Below are positions 25,382-39,246 of a stretch of 64,000 nucleotides of DNA, piece by piece; the stretch's first letter is position 1; each line of letters begins with the position of its first letter. The stretch lies in assembly GCA_010909165.1 (NCBI GenBank), contig MU008155.1, forward strand, positions 744,001-808,000. Direction: 5' to 3'. The notes under the pieces are model-generated. The model ran no database searches. It saw only the letters and a program-made list of their open reading frames with translations, and was not told where the DNA came from. This stretch comes from Anthoceros angustus (lineage: Eukaryota; Plantae; Anthocerotophyta). The translations under genes and the position numbers were made by a program.

Positions 25382-28300
25382 TGTAACGATCTAGTCTCGA
25401 AACCCCTTAAAATGTGCCCTGAAGTGAATTTTTTGTTTTTTTGGCTGAGAGTGGTGTGAAAATAAGTCAGATTGACGGTAGTTGGGGATATTCATAGTAA
25501 AAATGTCCTTGGCCTATGGAGTTCTTTTTGTTTTATTGCCTAGGTTAGAAAATAAATGGTCCGGGAATTTGGTGTTCCTTGGCCCATGGACTCGGAATGT
25601 TCCCTAAAAAAGTCTATATATGTGAGATAGGGGGGGGGTTTGGAATAATTAGAGTCTATAAGTTGGGGTCGACGCGGAGCGAATGAGTGTGGGGTTGTGG
25701 ATTGGGATGTGGGAAGCGGTCGTGAGAGCAGAGTAGGGGAACCCGGGAAACTTAACCCTAGGAAATGACAATCCCGTTCAAACAACGGAGCGCAACGGCG
25801 GCGGGCGGCGGAGGAGGAGGCGCGAGGCGCGAGGCGCGAGGCGCGAGGCGCGAGGCGCGACGCAGAGGAGGAGGCGCGAGGCGCAGCACGGGAAGGAGCT
25901 CGAACCCCGCGACATCGCGAGGCGCGAAGGAGCTCGAACCCCGTCATATCGCGAGGCGCGACGCAGAGGAGGAAGGCGCGGCATGGCGCCTTGCCGAGGA
26001 GGTAGGAACCACAGACCGACCTCCGTGAAATTCGCAGCGAGGTGGCGTTGGTTGTGGCGCGAGACCAGAAGACGTGAGAGGGATGGCGCCCAAGGTCACC
26101 ACCGAAATTGTGCTTGCCCAATGGCCGAACATGGATCATTGGAAAGTTCGAGCTGGGAGGTGGTGAAGGAGGTGGGTTTCATGGAAGAGCGGTGGAATTA
26201 CATGAACACAGGATGGTGCAGTGTGCGCGCCACACAGGACAAACCAAAGGGGATTTAGAGCGAAGCCGGGATTGGGACCGGAGCTGGTTAGAAGGGTGTA
26301 TGGAAGCAAGGAGGAGGCGGGCGGGTTGGTGATGGAGCCGTCCAGAAAAGAAGCACGGCACGGCGCCTCGTTAAAGCGGGCGTAACCAACAACGGTTGAC
26401 GAGGGATTTGGCAGCTTGATGGGTGCCGTGGCTCCTATGTTTCCCAGACAAGAAGCGGGATTATTTGTCCGACCACTTGCTGCTCCTTCATGAAGTGGTC
26501 AAGGGGCGAAGATCGATTGAGGCGAATTCTCTTGACAAGTTGTGTGAAGAGAGGTTGAACTTGATTTCCTCGCCTCGGCCTCTCTAATCTCACCATTTCG
26601 TCCATCTTTATGTTTACGCTAACTGCCCCGCTGAGGTGGAGATTGTAGCCTCCCTCCACATGTGGAAGCCGGTTAGGGAGGTGAAATGGAAGGCGGAGGA
26701 GCCCAAGGAGGAAAAATCGGATAGCGGGAGTCGGTGGCGGCAGGCGGTTCGGAGGAGAAGGAAATTCCCACCAGAAAAGGAGGAAGACCGGGGTGAAAGG
26801 CGGGCATCGAAAAAGGTGAGCGGATGCGCGTCACTGTGTCGCAGGCGCATGAAAATGAAAGCCAAAGCGGTTGGAGGTGGCGAAGAGGAGGCGCGATCCG
26901 AGGACAATTTTTGACACGGATGCGATGATGAATCAACTCCGGAGGGTTTAGGGGCGACCTCGAGGCGGACCCTCCTCGGCATGGGAAGAGATTTTCAAGG
27001 GACTCCACCGGCAAGAGGTGGATGCAACCGAATTGGTGAGGTGCGCACCACGGGAGGAAAGTTCTCGACAGAGGATGGCGTCGGGCGGGCCGCCACAACA
27101 AGTGGACTTGCAGGAGCCGACGTCGATGATCCGGGCCCAAGCATTTGTTGGATCAAGCGGCTTTAGCTCTCACGCTCGGTGCGGGCGGCGGAGGAAGTGG
27201 TGAAGGCCAGTTTGAAGAGGAGGCCAAGCGCAAGCAACGGAGGAAGACAAGCGGAACCTAGAGGAAATAAGGGCCAAGATTCAAGAAGATTTGTGCAGGC
27301 CTGTGAGAAGTTGCAAGCCATGACGAGCAGGAAGCACTCATGGCTCAAATTAAGGATGCCCACGAGGCGAACCAGAGATGCAGGGGAGTTGTTGCGAGCC
27401 AGGCGAGCGGCCTCGGTGGAAAAGGCCCATAAGCTAGCGGAGCGATATAAGCGGGATGAGGCACGTGGCGGGCGAAAAGACAAAGGGAAGGGAAGGGTAG
27501 CAGGACCACGATCGAGTAGCGGAAGGGCCTACCGAGCGGAAGGAAGCGCAACCGAGGTGGCGAAACCTCACCTACATGATTCTTGAGCACACGTGGAGTC
27601 CACTACAGTAGTCGAAACCGCCGACATTGGCGCAACCAACCCGAGCGGGCGGGGGGCGGCGGCGACGTGGCGCCTCGCGAGGACATAGGCAACCGTGTAG
27701 CCTACGGGAGGAGGGGTAAGCACCTCACCGCAGAGGGGTCCTATTATATTACGGCACATGGATGAGGAAACTTATGTGCCCGGTCTATATGTGAATGGAG
27801 AACGCGTGCTTAACCTCCGTCCATGCGTGTGGAAATAGGAGGGATCGGGCCTACCTCGCAAGTGAGGACCCGGTGCATACTTCTACCAGCGCCGGTGTGG
27901 GGTTGGCTCCCTATTATGCGGAGGCGACTTTGGAGGAGTTGAGCGAGGAGGAGGTCCAGCTTGGGTGGACGAGGCCGATAATCCTCGGCAATAGGCGGCC
28001 GGAAGATGCGGAAGCCCAGGCGGTACACCTCAAATTCGACGGTGTGGGTGAGGTGGAAGTAGTGTGGGAGAACCTGGGCCAGTGTGGCGGGAGAGCTCGT
28101 GGCGGCAGGCGGTTCGGAGGAGGAGAAGGAAATTCCCACCAGAAAAGGAGGAAGACCGGGGTGAAAGGCGGGCATCGTGAAAAGGTGAAGAGGCGGATCA
28201 CGCGTCACGGCGGCATGAATGAAAGCCAAAGCAGCTTGGAGGTGGCGGAGGAGGCGCGATCCGAGGACAATTTTTGACACGGATGCGATGATGAATCAAC

Positions 28301-30890
28301 TCCGGAGGGTTTAGGGGCGACCTCGAGGCGGACCCTCCTCGGCATGGGAAGAGATTTTCAAGGGACTCCAGCAGCAGAGGTGGATGCAACCGAATTGGTG
28401 AGGGTGCGCACCTGGGAGGAAAGTTCGGCGAGGATGGCGTCGGGCGGGCCGCCACAAGTGGACTTGCGGGGGCGACCACGTCGATGATCCGGGCCCAAGC
28501 GGTTGTTGGATCAAGCGGCTTTAGCTCTCACGGCTCGTGCAGGGGCGGCGGAGGAAGTGGTGAAGGCCGGGTTTGACGAAGAGGAGGCCAAGCGCAAGCA
28601 AGCGGAGGAAGACAAGCGGAACCTAGAGGAAATAAGGGCCAAGATTCAAGAAGATTTGTGCAGGCCTGTGAGAAGTTGCAAGCCATGGCAGTGAGGAAGC
28701 ACTCATGGCTCAAATTAAGGATGCCCACGAACCAGAGATGCGGGGAGTTGTTGCGAGCCAGGCGAGCGGCCTCGGTGGAAAAGGCCCATAAGCTAGCGGA
28801 GCGATATAAGCGAGCGGGATGAGGCACGTGGCGGGCGAGAAAAGACAAAGGGAAGGAAGCGGGTAGCAGGACCACGGGAGTAGCGGAAGGGCCTAGCGGA
28901 AGGAAGCGACAACCGAGGTGGCGAAACCTCACCTACGCGTTCTTTGAGCGAACGACGTGGAGTCACTACGCAGTGAAACCGCCACCGACATTGGCGCAAC
29001 CAACCCGGAGCGAGGCGGGCGGCGGATGCGGCGTGGCGCCTCGCGAGACATAGGCGCAACGGTGTAGCCTACGGGAGGAGGGGTAAGCACCTCAGCTGGA
29101 GGTCCTATTATATTACGGCACATGGATGAGGAAACTTATGTGCCGGTCTATATGTGAATGGAGAACGCGTGCTTAACCTCACCGCCCATGTGCGTGTGGA
29201 AATAGGAGGGATCGGGCCTACCTCTCGCAAGTGAGGACCCGTGCATACTTCTACCATGCGCGGGTGTGGGGTTGGCTCCCTATTATGCGGAGGCGACTTT
29301 GGAGGAGTTGAGCGAGGAGGAGGTCCAGCTTGGGTGGACGAGGCCGATAATCCTCGGCAATAGGCGGCCGGAAGATGCGGAAGCCCAGGCGGTACACCTC
29401 AAATTCGGACGTCCAGGTGGCGGTGAGGTGGAAGTAGTGTGGGAGAACCTGGGCCAGTGTGGCGGGAGAGCTCGTGGCGGCAGCAATGGAGGACGTGGGC
29501 GACGGCCAAGTCGAGGTAGGGCGCGATAGCGTGGTGAGGTGGTAGCAACCTAAAGATAATTTGGTTAGGATCGACCTAGGATCGCTCCGAATTGTGGGCG
29601 CGTCTCTTGATAGCCATCTTAGGACCTAAAAATCCGGGCGGTGCCCGGCCGATGTATAAGAGGGGCGGTAGGTCCCTCACGCCGATAATTCTGGTTGAGA
29701 TCCCCACGCTGCTGTGGCTGGTTGGAGACGTCCGATTGAGGCGGTGTGCGAGACGCTCCTAGGGGTGGTCGAGCTTGCTCCCTGGGGAGGAGGGGTGATA
29801 AAGCAATCTTGACAAAGGAGGAGGAAACCAAGGGATTGGCGCGGGCGGGTGGAGCTTGCTCGTAACGCCTCATGGCCCGGGGTTCTTTCCTTCACACTTG
29901 TCCACACTAGTTGTGTTCCGAATTGTGGGCGCGTCCCTTCGTGATAGCCATCTTAGGACCTAAAAATCCGGCGGTGCCCGGCCGATGTATAAGAGGGGCG
30001 GTAGGTCCCTCACGCCGATAATTCTGGTTGAGATCCCCACTGTGGCTGGTTGGAGACGTCCGATTAAGGTGTGCGTGGGCAGCTCCTAGGGGTGGTCGAG
30101 AGCTTGCTCCATGGGGAGGAGGGGTGATAAAGCAATCTTGACAAAGGAGGAGGAAACCAAGGGATTGGCGGGCGAGCTTGCGCTTTTGTGGCCTTGGGGT
30201 TCTTCTTTCCTTCACACTTGTCCTAGTTGTGTTCGAATTAAGCGAGAAGTGTTGAGTGGATGGTTGGAAGCCTGCGCGAGTTGAGAGAGAGAGAGAGAGG
30301 AGAAGATTGGGTGAAGGGTGACTAAACCTTTGTACGCGATGCGTGTGAAGAGGTTGAGAAGGGAACTAATTGAGATCCAAAAACCAAATCGGTGTGTGTG
30401 CATGAAGTGTGGAGTGTGGCGCCTTTGTGTGTGTGTGAGTGTGGCGGTCTTTTGTGTGTGTGTGGAGCGGTGAGGATTTGTGGAATTTAGGTCCCTAGGA
30501 ATCGGTGTGTGTGTGTGTGCATGAAGTGTGGAGTGCAGAATAAAGCCGGATCCGTGCTGTGGACGTGCGGATCCATGCGCCGCCGGAAATAAGTCGCTAG
30601 GGTTTGGGTGTGGGACCCACCTCGGTGAAGCAACTACCGGTGAGAACACCATGATCGTGGAATAAGATTTGCGGTCGTGGAATAAGAGTGGCTAGACAAG
30701 TCGGGTAGTAGTGGTTGAGTAGATAGGTAAGAGGAGTAATAGCAAGTAAGTCTTGACTTAGGTGAAGGATGGCGATAGAAGTTAGCGTCTCTTGGCACAA
30801 ACCATTCCTTGGGAGGCGAATCCTAAGCCTACAACATTGAGGGTGAATGTGGACCTCACGGTGTCCCCGGACACGAATCCACACTCCACA
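25382..30890 (+). repeat. Element B 3' LTR
   Basis: TGTAACGATC...CACTCCACA; internal duplications of ~1.4 kb (~26735-28104 and ~28105-29480) and ~0.3 kb (~29590-30230). Confidence 0.88.
26083..29530 (+). pseudogene. LTR-borne accessory ORF of element B, 3' LTR copy
   Basis: MAPKVTTEIVLAQWPNMDHWKVR start and the same downstream motifs as the 5' copy. Confidence 0.72.
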
Positions 30891-31148
30891 CCTTGTGGGG
30901 TTCTTCCTCAGAAACCCTCAGAAGGCCAAGGGCCAGCGCTGATTTCCTCCTCCGGCGCCAGGATGATTTCTCTATGTAACTTGCATCGCTCCTCCTTGTC
31001 ATTCGCCTCTTCCTCCTCTCATGGCGCTTGATCGTCGCTCAGCATCTCCCACTTGGCCTTTGTCTGGCTCATGGGGGCCTCTCTACAGGCGAGCATTCGG
31101 TGGAGTAAGGACCTTACGGTGTCCCCGGACACGAATCCACACTCCACA

Positions 31149-32051
31149 CCCGCCCTGACCCGTCTTCTGTCAAAAGCTCCCTCAGAAGGCCAAGATGCGC
31201 TGATTTCCTCCTCCGGCCAAGGATGATTTCTCTATATATGCTTGCATCGCTCCTCCTTGAGTGTTATTCGCCTCTTCCTCCTCTCGTGCGCTGACCGTCG
31301 CTCGCTCGCTTCTCCCTTGCGCTGTCCACAACTCGAGGGGCCTCTCTCGGCAGCGTCTTCGGTGTAAGAACCTTACTCCCGGCTGCATGTCCGCGGTGGG
31401 AGTGACTGGCGCCGCCCGCCTGGGCCGGCACCAACCCTCCTTCTTGGCGGGTTCGGAACCTCCTCTCGCGTAAACTTTCCGGACCTCCTGTCCAGGACCT
31501 CATCCAGCAGGTGGACCCTTGAGCCCGTTTTCCTCCTTTGTCCCGAGTCCGATTCACAAATCTACTCCCGGCTTCTCCATGTCCTCCTTGTCTTTATTAG
31601 CCTCTTCCTCCTCTCATGGCGCTTTGTCGTCGCTCGCCGCACTCTCCACTCGCGCCTTTGTCCTGGCTTTCATGAGGCCTCTCTCGTGCGTCTTCAGTGG
31701 AGTAAGAACCTTACTCCCACATGTCCTCGGGCGGGAGTGACTGACGCGCCGCCACTGGGCCGGCACCAACCCTCCTTCTTGGCGGGTTCGGCCCGGAACC
31801 TCCTCTCGCGCGTAAACTTTCCGGACCTCCTGTCCAGGACCTCCGTCCTTTCGACCGTTGGACCCGTTTTGAATCCGTTTTCCTCCTTTACATCCGTCGA
31901 TTGTAAATCTGTCGCCCGCTTCTCCTGGTCACTCCTTGTTGTTGTCTTCCGTGGATTCTTGGTGAAAAAGAAAAATAAAACCTAACTAATATGAACAAAA
32001 CTAAGAGGCATCCGCCCCTCTTCTAGTGGACCCAAAATTTGGCGTTCCACA
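31149..32051 (-). repeat. Element D 3' LTR, 5' portion
   Basis: Matches ~61320-61882 (with a ~0.3 kb local duplication); starts TGTGGAACGCC on minus after the PPT. Confidence 0.85.
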
Positions 32052-32067
32052 TGCCCCCTTCCCACTT
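32052..32067 (-). other. Polypurine tract of element D
   Basis: AAGTGGGAAGGGGGCA on minus, directly before the LTR. Confidence 0.8.
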
Positions 32068-32092
32068 GTTTGCGTCCACCAAACAACGGGAC

Positions 32093-35000
32093 TCAAGTGA
32101 AAATACTTCTTGACCTTCCGGATTCACTCGCGTTGGCGGAGGTCTCCATCCAAGACTCGCGGTGGGCAGACCCATTCTCATACACCTCCTCAACCTTGTG
32201 GGTCCCATCCACCTCAATCTCAACTTTCTGGAAAATCTAAGTATCGGTCATACGGCAACACCAAATCTCCAGCCACAATCACTTCTCTCTTTGAAGCTTC
32301 CGTCATGTCGATGCTTCCGTTGTTCTTGGATCTTGTAGGTCTCCTCAAGTGCCTCTTCTCGGTCCTCCTCATAAGTCGCGAAAGCCTCAATCATTGTTTG
32401 GTATCCTCCACAGTCATCCTTACGTCCTCCATGATTCGATGTGTTGGAATCTCAAACTCAATTGGTAACAGTGACATCCGTAGGTCGGATAGTAGGGCGT
32501 TCGTTTCGTGGTTACCTTCGGTATCCGATATGCCCAAAGTCTTTGAATGAAGCTTCGTGTCCCGATCATACATGTGTGTGATCACCTTAGTCAAAATGGT
32601 ACAATCCGTTGGTCTTCTCGTGAGGCCATTTGCCTTGGGTTGTAAGGCGTTGTCTTGCGGTGTCGTATGTTGAAGTAGCTGGTCAACGACTCAATGGATG
32701 TTCAAGAAGTGAGTTCCGGTCACTCACCAACTCAAGGGACAACCATACCGTGTGATGATGTTCTCAAACAAAAATTTTGCGACTGTCGGTGCGTCATCCT
32801 TCCTTGTCGCCTCCGCCTCTACCATCTTGGTGCGATGTCGGTGGCCACCAATATGTATTGGAGTCCACAGTAGGTGGGCGAATCGCCCAACAAAGTCGAT
32901 TCCCACTTCTCAAAAGGAGCGAGTGGCGAATGTAGGTCGATGGCCCTTGTGTGGGCGATGTCGGCCTCCTACACGGCGACAGCGTCGCATCTCCTAATAG
33001 AATCCCAAACATCACGTTGCATGGTAGTCCACCAAAAGCTGTATCCAAAATCTTCTTAATCGTGACTGCAAGTGTGACCCCCTGCCTCCTCGCATGTAAA
33101 GCCTCAATCACCAAAAGCGCCTCTCAGCTCCGGACACCTTCGTATCTTCTCATCCGCCCCATCTTGTACAAGATTCCATTCCTCAAGCGATGAGGCTACC
33201 TTATGAAGAAAAAGCGCTCGTCCTTCCCTACTCAATCCATTGGGCATGATTCCTAACTCCGAGAATCTTGAACTTCTCCATTAGCAAGCGCCTTGCGCGG
33301 TGGCCTTCTCTATCCCTTGAAACGGCGACGTTGCGCCCTTGTGGAGCCACGGCTCCTTGCTGATCTTGGTTGAGGACTCATGGCACGTCCTCCCTGATTC
33401 TCGCATCTGCGCTATCTCGCCGTTAGGCGTCTCTCCGTCATTGTCCACGAAGTCGATCGAACTTCCCTCCCGCGGATTGATCCGGATGTGGACCAGCACC
33501 CCTCGTACTGGCCTGCTCTTCCTGGGCTCACTCGCCCTGTAACCTCTTCATCCTCACGGTGGGCATGACCAACTCCTCGTCGAAACCTATCGTCCGTCTC
33601 CGGACCTTTCCATTGTTCTCAACCTCGAGATGAAATCCGGCGTTGATGTGTCTCTTACCGCTCGCGTCTCAACATCAAAATCAAACTCTTGCGGCAAAAG
33701 AATCCATCGAGCAATTCTTCCCGACAAATCCGGCTTGTTCACTAGGTACTTAGCAAAATGATCAACGTGGAAGGTTACCTTGCAGGCCAAGAGGTAGTGG
33801 CGAAACTTCTTGCATGCGTAGATGATTCCCAACGCCTCCCTCTCAATCGTAGAGTAATTTCTCTCGCGTCTCAAGCGCACCGCGTAGAAGATAGGATGAT
33901 CCCTCTTCTCTTCGTCCTTCTGGCTCAGAATAGCCCCAAGCGCATACGCAGACACATCCACGTACACGTGAAATGGCTGTTCCCAATTTGGTGGTCTCAA
34001 GGTGGGTGCCTCCTCCGCATGTAAAGCCTCAATCACCAAAACTGCCTCTCCAAGCTCCAGACACCTTCGTATCTTCTCATCCGCCCCCATCTTGTACAAG
34101 ATTCCACTCCTCAAGCAGTAAGGGGCTACCTTATGAAGAAAAACTGCTCGTCCTTCCCTACTCAATCCATTGGGCATGATTCCTAACTGTGAATCTTGAA
34201 CTTCTCCATTAGCAAGCGCCTTGCGCAGTCGCCCTTCTCTATCCCTTGAAACCGGGCGCGACGTTTTGTGGAGCCACGGCTCCTTGCGATCTTGGTTGAG
34301 GACTCATGGCACGTCCTCACGATTCTCGCACCGCCGCTATCTCGCCGTTAGGCGTCTCTCCGTCATTGTCCACGAAGTCGATCGAACTTCCCTCCGCCGA
34401 TTAATCCGTGGGACCACTGCACCCTCGACAATCGCGCTGCTCGTCTGGGCTCACCGCTCCCCCTCCGTAACTTCCTCTTCATCCTCGTCGATGTCGCGAC
34501 CAACTCCTCGTCAGAAACCTATCGTCCTCCCGGACCTTTCCATTGTTCTCAACCTCGAGATGAAATCCGGCGTTGATGTGTCTCTTACCGCGTCTCAACA
34601 TCAAAATCAAACTCTTGCAAAGAAAAGAATCCATCGAGCAATTCTTCCCGACAAATCCGGCTTGTTCACTAGGTACTTCAGAAAATGATCGACGTGGAAG
34701 GTTACCTTGCAGGCCAAGAGGTAGTGGCGAAACTTCTTGCATGCGTAGATGATTCCCAACGCCTCCCTCTCAACAGAGTAATTTCTCTCGCGTACCAATC
34801 CTGCCCGTAGAAGATAGGATGATCCCTCTTCTCTTCGTCCTTACGGCGAATAGCCCCAAGCGAATAGACACATCCACGTACGTGAAATGGCTGTTCCCAA
34901 TTTGGTGGTCTCAAGGTGGGTGCCTCCACCAACTCCTCTTTAGTTGTTGAAACGCTTCTTCTCTTTCCATTGTCCACTCAAATGCTACGTCCTTCTTTGT

Positions 35001-38000
35001 GAGTGGGTTAGGACGGCTGCCTTCTTTGCAAAATCTTTGTGAATCTCCTGTAATAGCCGACTAACCCTATGAAAGCTCGACTGCTGTCAGGTGCATCCAT
35101 CTCTGCGATCACCTTGACTTTCTCCATGTCCACTTGGAGTCCTCGTCTTTGAAACTCGATGAGCGAGGAGAATCCCTCCGTCATCCGAAAAACACTTCCA
35201 CAGGTGAAGTTTTAGGTTGGTCTCACAGCGTTGAAAACACCGGCCGGATGTTCCCAATGTGAGTGTTGCCTCCCAAAGACACAAAAATCGTCAAGAAACA
35301 CTTCCATGAACTTGCAGAAAATCTCTAAAGATACTGTTTACCACTCGTTGGAAAGTTGCGGGGGCATTGTAGAGTCCGAATGGAAGCTTGGCGTAGGCAA
35401 ACGTCCCCCAATCCGTGGTGAAAGTGGTCTTGTCTTGATCCTCCTTGCGTAGCGTGATTTGATTGTAACCCGAATAGCCATCTAGGAAACTGTACATTTC
35501 ATGACCCGCCACCGTGTCCAAAACGCTATCCATGAAGGGTAGTGGATGGTGGTCCTTCTTCGTCGCTTCGTTGAGCCTCCTGAAATCTTGACAAACACGA
35601 ACCTTGCCTTGTTGCTTCTTGGGGACCACCACAATGGGCACCACCCATTCGCTTGTGAGAACCAGATAAATCACCCCCGCCTCTTACTGGTCCAGTTGGT
35701 CCTTCACGACCACGGAGTACTAGGGATTGAGACGGTATTGCTTCACTCGAACTGGCGTGCTTCCCTCCTTGAGGTCAATGTGATGAATTCCTAGCTCTTC
35801 AGGGATCCCAGTCATATCGGTGACCTTAAAGGCAAATACATCTATGTACTTCCTTAGTAAGGCCTTCAACTCCTCTTCTCTCGGTGAGATACTTGGAAAC
35901 TTTCACACTTTTGCGGCTTCAACTCCATGTCCTCCCTCGGGGTCTACATAAACTCCTACCTCTCGTGCCTGATCCTTCCTCCTCGGAAAGTCGTGATCGT
36001 GGCGTGACCCTTCAAAAGGCGGCACCCTCTCGGTGCTCCTCATCCTCCTGCAAAATCTTCTTCCTCCGATGCGTCGGTGTGAAAACATGGGATCCCGTCC
36101 CCCATACACCATCTCATTGCTTTGGCTGGTCCTTGGTAAGCCAAATTACTCCGGACGAACTTCGCCCGTGCTCCACAGTGTATCCCCGTCGTGACTCGGT
36201 CTCCCCCCGTAAGGTGATCGCTCCACGCGATCTGTCTTTCAGGACACTGCTCGACACAGTAACTCCACGCCTCCCAAAATCAAAGATGCAACTGTCCCAT
36301 ACACGGCCTCCCAAGAAGTACCTTGTACCCCAAGTCCGTGGTCTCATCACAATGTAGGTCGATTGAAGGTAATACCTCCAATCACCGTGGGGATGTTCGG
36401 CACCCCAAAGGCTTTCTCTTGTGCAGTCCGCCATTCGTGAAGACACGAATGGGATTGTAAACCCAAGTCGATGTCTTGTCTCTTGGTCATCAAATTCACT
36501 CCGGATCCGTGTCCAAAGGGACATCGGCACTAAACACCACCTATCTCAATCTCAATCTCGGGGCTCCACAATCAACCAGCTCCACGCGTTAACTTCCACT
36601 TGCATGCTCCTTACCTCTAGTGGCTCTGGTATCCCCGTATCGCCTCCTTCACGATCTTCCTCGATCTTGGACTCACCGCCAAGAGCTGTCTCAAGCTCAC
36701 TACAAACTCTTGATCAAGTAGCGCATCAGCAAAGCTAGAAATCTTTGATGCTAGAACCCCTCTTGCGGTCTCAATACTAGCGAATGGCGCAACAACGCCC
36801 TCTCTTGGTTGTTCCTCATTCGGCGCCTCTCCTCGCGCTTGCTCCTTGCCCTCCACCGGGTCACTCACTGCAGATTCAGCAAAAGAGACGATTTAGTCGC
36901 CTCCTCGATTCATCTTCCAACATCACGCAACTTCCTTGCGATGTCGTGGAAAGCGTAGGGTCTCCACCTCCTCCATGAGTGGTTCGATCTCCTCTCGCCT
37001 CGTAACCTCCTGGACTCTCCTTCGTCCAGTCATCCTCCTCCAACCGGATCGTGTCCCTTGTCTCGTCTCGGTGGCCAAGGTGAATCCTCGCGCACCTTCC
37101 TCTTCTTCTTATGCATCTTCTCCTTGAGTCGGTCTACCCTTCGTTCCTTCTCTCGCCTCGGATCGTGTGGTGACCCTAGCCACCAAGGGATCTTCTCCAT
37201 CACTTACTTCTCCTGCATATCCTCCTCCACAATCCACAGTAGACACCGCAAAGCCTCTTGTGGTTCTTCTTCTTCTTCCGCCTCCACCGTCAACACCGTG
37301 TTAGCTACGCGATGGCCGTCTCGTGTTGATGGGGATTGTCTCCGTTCTTTGGTTGGTGATTCGACTCCGGCCGTATAGGCGCGATCGTAACACTCCACAG
37401 GCACCTTGGATCTCCCACTTTGTGCCCCAATTCTTTGCATACAGCGGAAGGGCACATAGCCTACACCGTCGAGGTTCTGGGCGATGCAGCATAGTGACTG
37501 GCATTCCACGGTTAAAACAACATCCACGAGGCAGACATTGGGCGTTGTGAAGGATCCGGCCTCCACGGTCCTGGTGGCGGTCGTGAACTATAGCGCATCC
37601 CTGAAGGAACTGTCGGTTGGTAAGTTGGCCTCATTGGCTGCGGTGGTCGTCCTCCACATCGCTTGTACTTGGTAAGCTTCATCAACATACGGTAGTCACA
37701 CGGTGTAGGCTTCTACAGTTGTTGCATGTCTTGGCGCTTTGACACACTCTCGATTCGTATGGCCTGATTGGTGACAGATCGAACAATACACTAACTGTCT
37801 GCCAGGCGAAGGAGATCTCCTAGGCGCCTGGTTGCGAACTGCTTTGACCTCCAATTCAGTCAATCTCCTTGTCAAAGCCTCAATTTGGTTGTTTAGACCT
37901 CCACCACCTGTCGTGGCGTTGCTCCTCTCCATTCGGTGCGCTCCTTTACCCTTCTTGTCTTTCTCCGCTTGGCGCTCGGCCTCTTCTTGTCTTCGCTTCT

Positions 38001-39190
38001 GAATCTTCTCCAAATCCTTCTTCATTCTCCTTTCGTAGGCTCTGTCTGACTCCTCATCCGTGGGTGACTCTGATGCAGCACTTCCTTGTTCCGTGTCTGA
38101 CTGTGAAGAGGGCGAAGAATGAGAGGACGAGGGAGAGCTGGAGGATCTGCCTCCCTTATGCTTCCCATGCTCCCTCCGCTTCTTCCTTCGACGACCAAGC
38201 TCCGCTGCCTCGTAATCTTCAGCCAACTTCAATGCTCCTTGCAGCGTAGTCGTTCCTCTCCGACAGTAAACATCCATCTTAGTGGGCAAACCACTTACAA
38301 ACCAATCTAACGCCTGCTCATCTGAATAGCCCTCGTGGTAGGACCTCCTGGAACAAGCGGTCTACACCTTGGAGCGATCCAAGTAGCAGAACCTCTCCAC
38401 GTAATCATACGTTTCCTTCTTTCTCTGCGGAGAGTCCTCAATCTCGCCAATGTATGATGTCCAGTGACTCAACCCTCTAAACCTTGTTAGGAACTACGAT
38501 TTGAAGTCTTCCCAATCCGTCGGTGGTGCGGTCCCATCGTCCCTCTTGTAGCTTGTTGCGTGTCCTCTTAACAAACCCGGAAAAATTATAAACGGTCCGC
38601 TGAATCCTCTAAATTAGCATGAGAGACATGCTCAAACGTGCGAATAAAAGCCTCGCATCGTCTCCCTTCTTCTTGTCTCCAAACTTCACATCTGCCGACT
38701 ATGTGGCGCAATGAGCCACCTCCTCCTACCGTGGTGCCTCATGCCAACTCCACTCATGTTGGGCCTGTTGTCGGGGTGTTGCACCCCTTGCGGCTCCCAA
38801 CAGAGACAGGACACCACCCACAGGTGTCATCTTGGCAGTGGCGCCGCGACCTTCCGTTGGTACACCTCGCAATGTCGCCTCCACGGAGTGCTGCGTCTTG
38901 TTGTCTTGAGGACTTCCGTGTTGTCCTCTCAATGTGTCGCCTCCGTACTTCGGATCCTGTTTGTCCCTTCTTGGTTCTTCCAACTCTTCACCTTCACATG
39001 AAGTGCAAAATCTTCTTCTTCAAGTCGTCGGTGAAGGCACAAAATCCTCTTCCTCCCTCGGCGCGTCGTTCTCTCGGACTTCTTTCATGATTGATTCCTC
39101 CGTGTATCGCAACTCTCTTGGTGAAATATATGGAGATGACCTTCCTCCGGATGCTCTTCGTTCACCACGTCCTCCGGTCATCGGCGTACA
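32093..39190 (-). pseudogene. Element D gag-pol, frameshifted; RNase H/linker segment duplicated (~33092-34930); start approximate
   Basis: CSICHQSGHTNREC knuckle (ORF 37696-38289), RT EWVVPIVVVPKK..KDHHPLPFMD..YSFLDGYSGYNQI (35291-35674), RNase H FHVYVDVS..ERNYSTIEREAL (33587-34177), integrase GIDFVG and LRWMGP. Confidence 0.92.
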
Positions 39191-39227
39191 TCTTCACACT
39201 CTCCATTCGAACAAAGAAAAACACACA

Positions 39228-39242
39228 CTCCCGACAGCGCCA
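39228..39242 (-). other. Primer binding site of element D (tRNA-Asp type, apparently with a small deletion)
   Basis: TGGCGCTGTCGGGAG following the LTR end ...CCCACCACA-TTTT. Confidence 0.75.
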
Positions 39243-39246
39243 AAAA

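Larger units (their letters stand above)
14101..31148 (+). mobile_element. Element B: Athila-like Ty3/Gypsy element inserted antisense in D's 3' LTR
   Basis: LTRs ~14101-19459 and 25382-30890, with the terminus repeated at 31148. PBS 19463-19480, PPT 25367-25381. Flanks CTAACCAGCC and CCCGCCC rejoin the uninterrupted D LTR sequence at ~61315-61330, giving an approximate TSD of CCGCC. Confidence 0.9.

Noticed and set aside
25815-25885. (GCGCGAG)n run in B 3' LTR as a functional element
   Set aside because: Expanded only in one LTR copy; likely slippage or consensus error.
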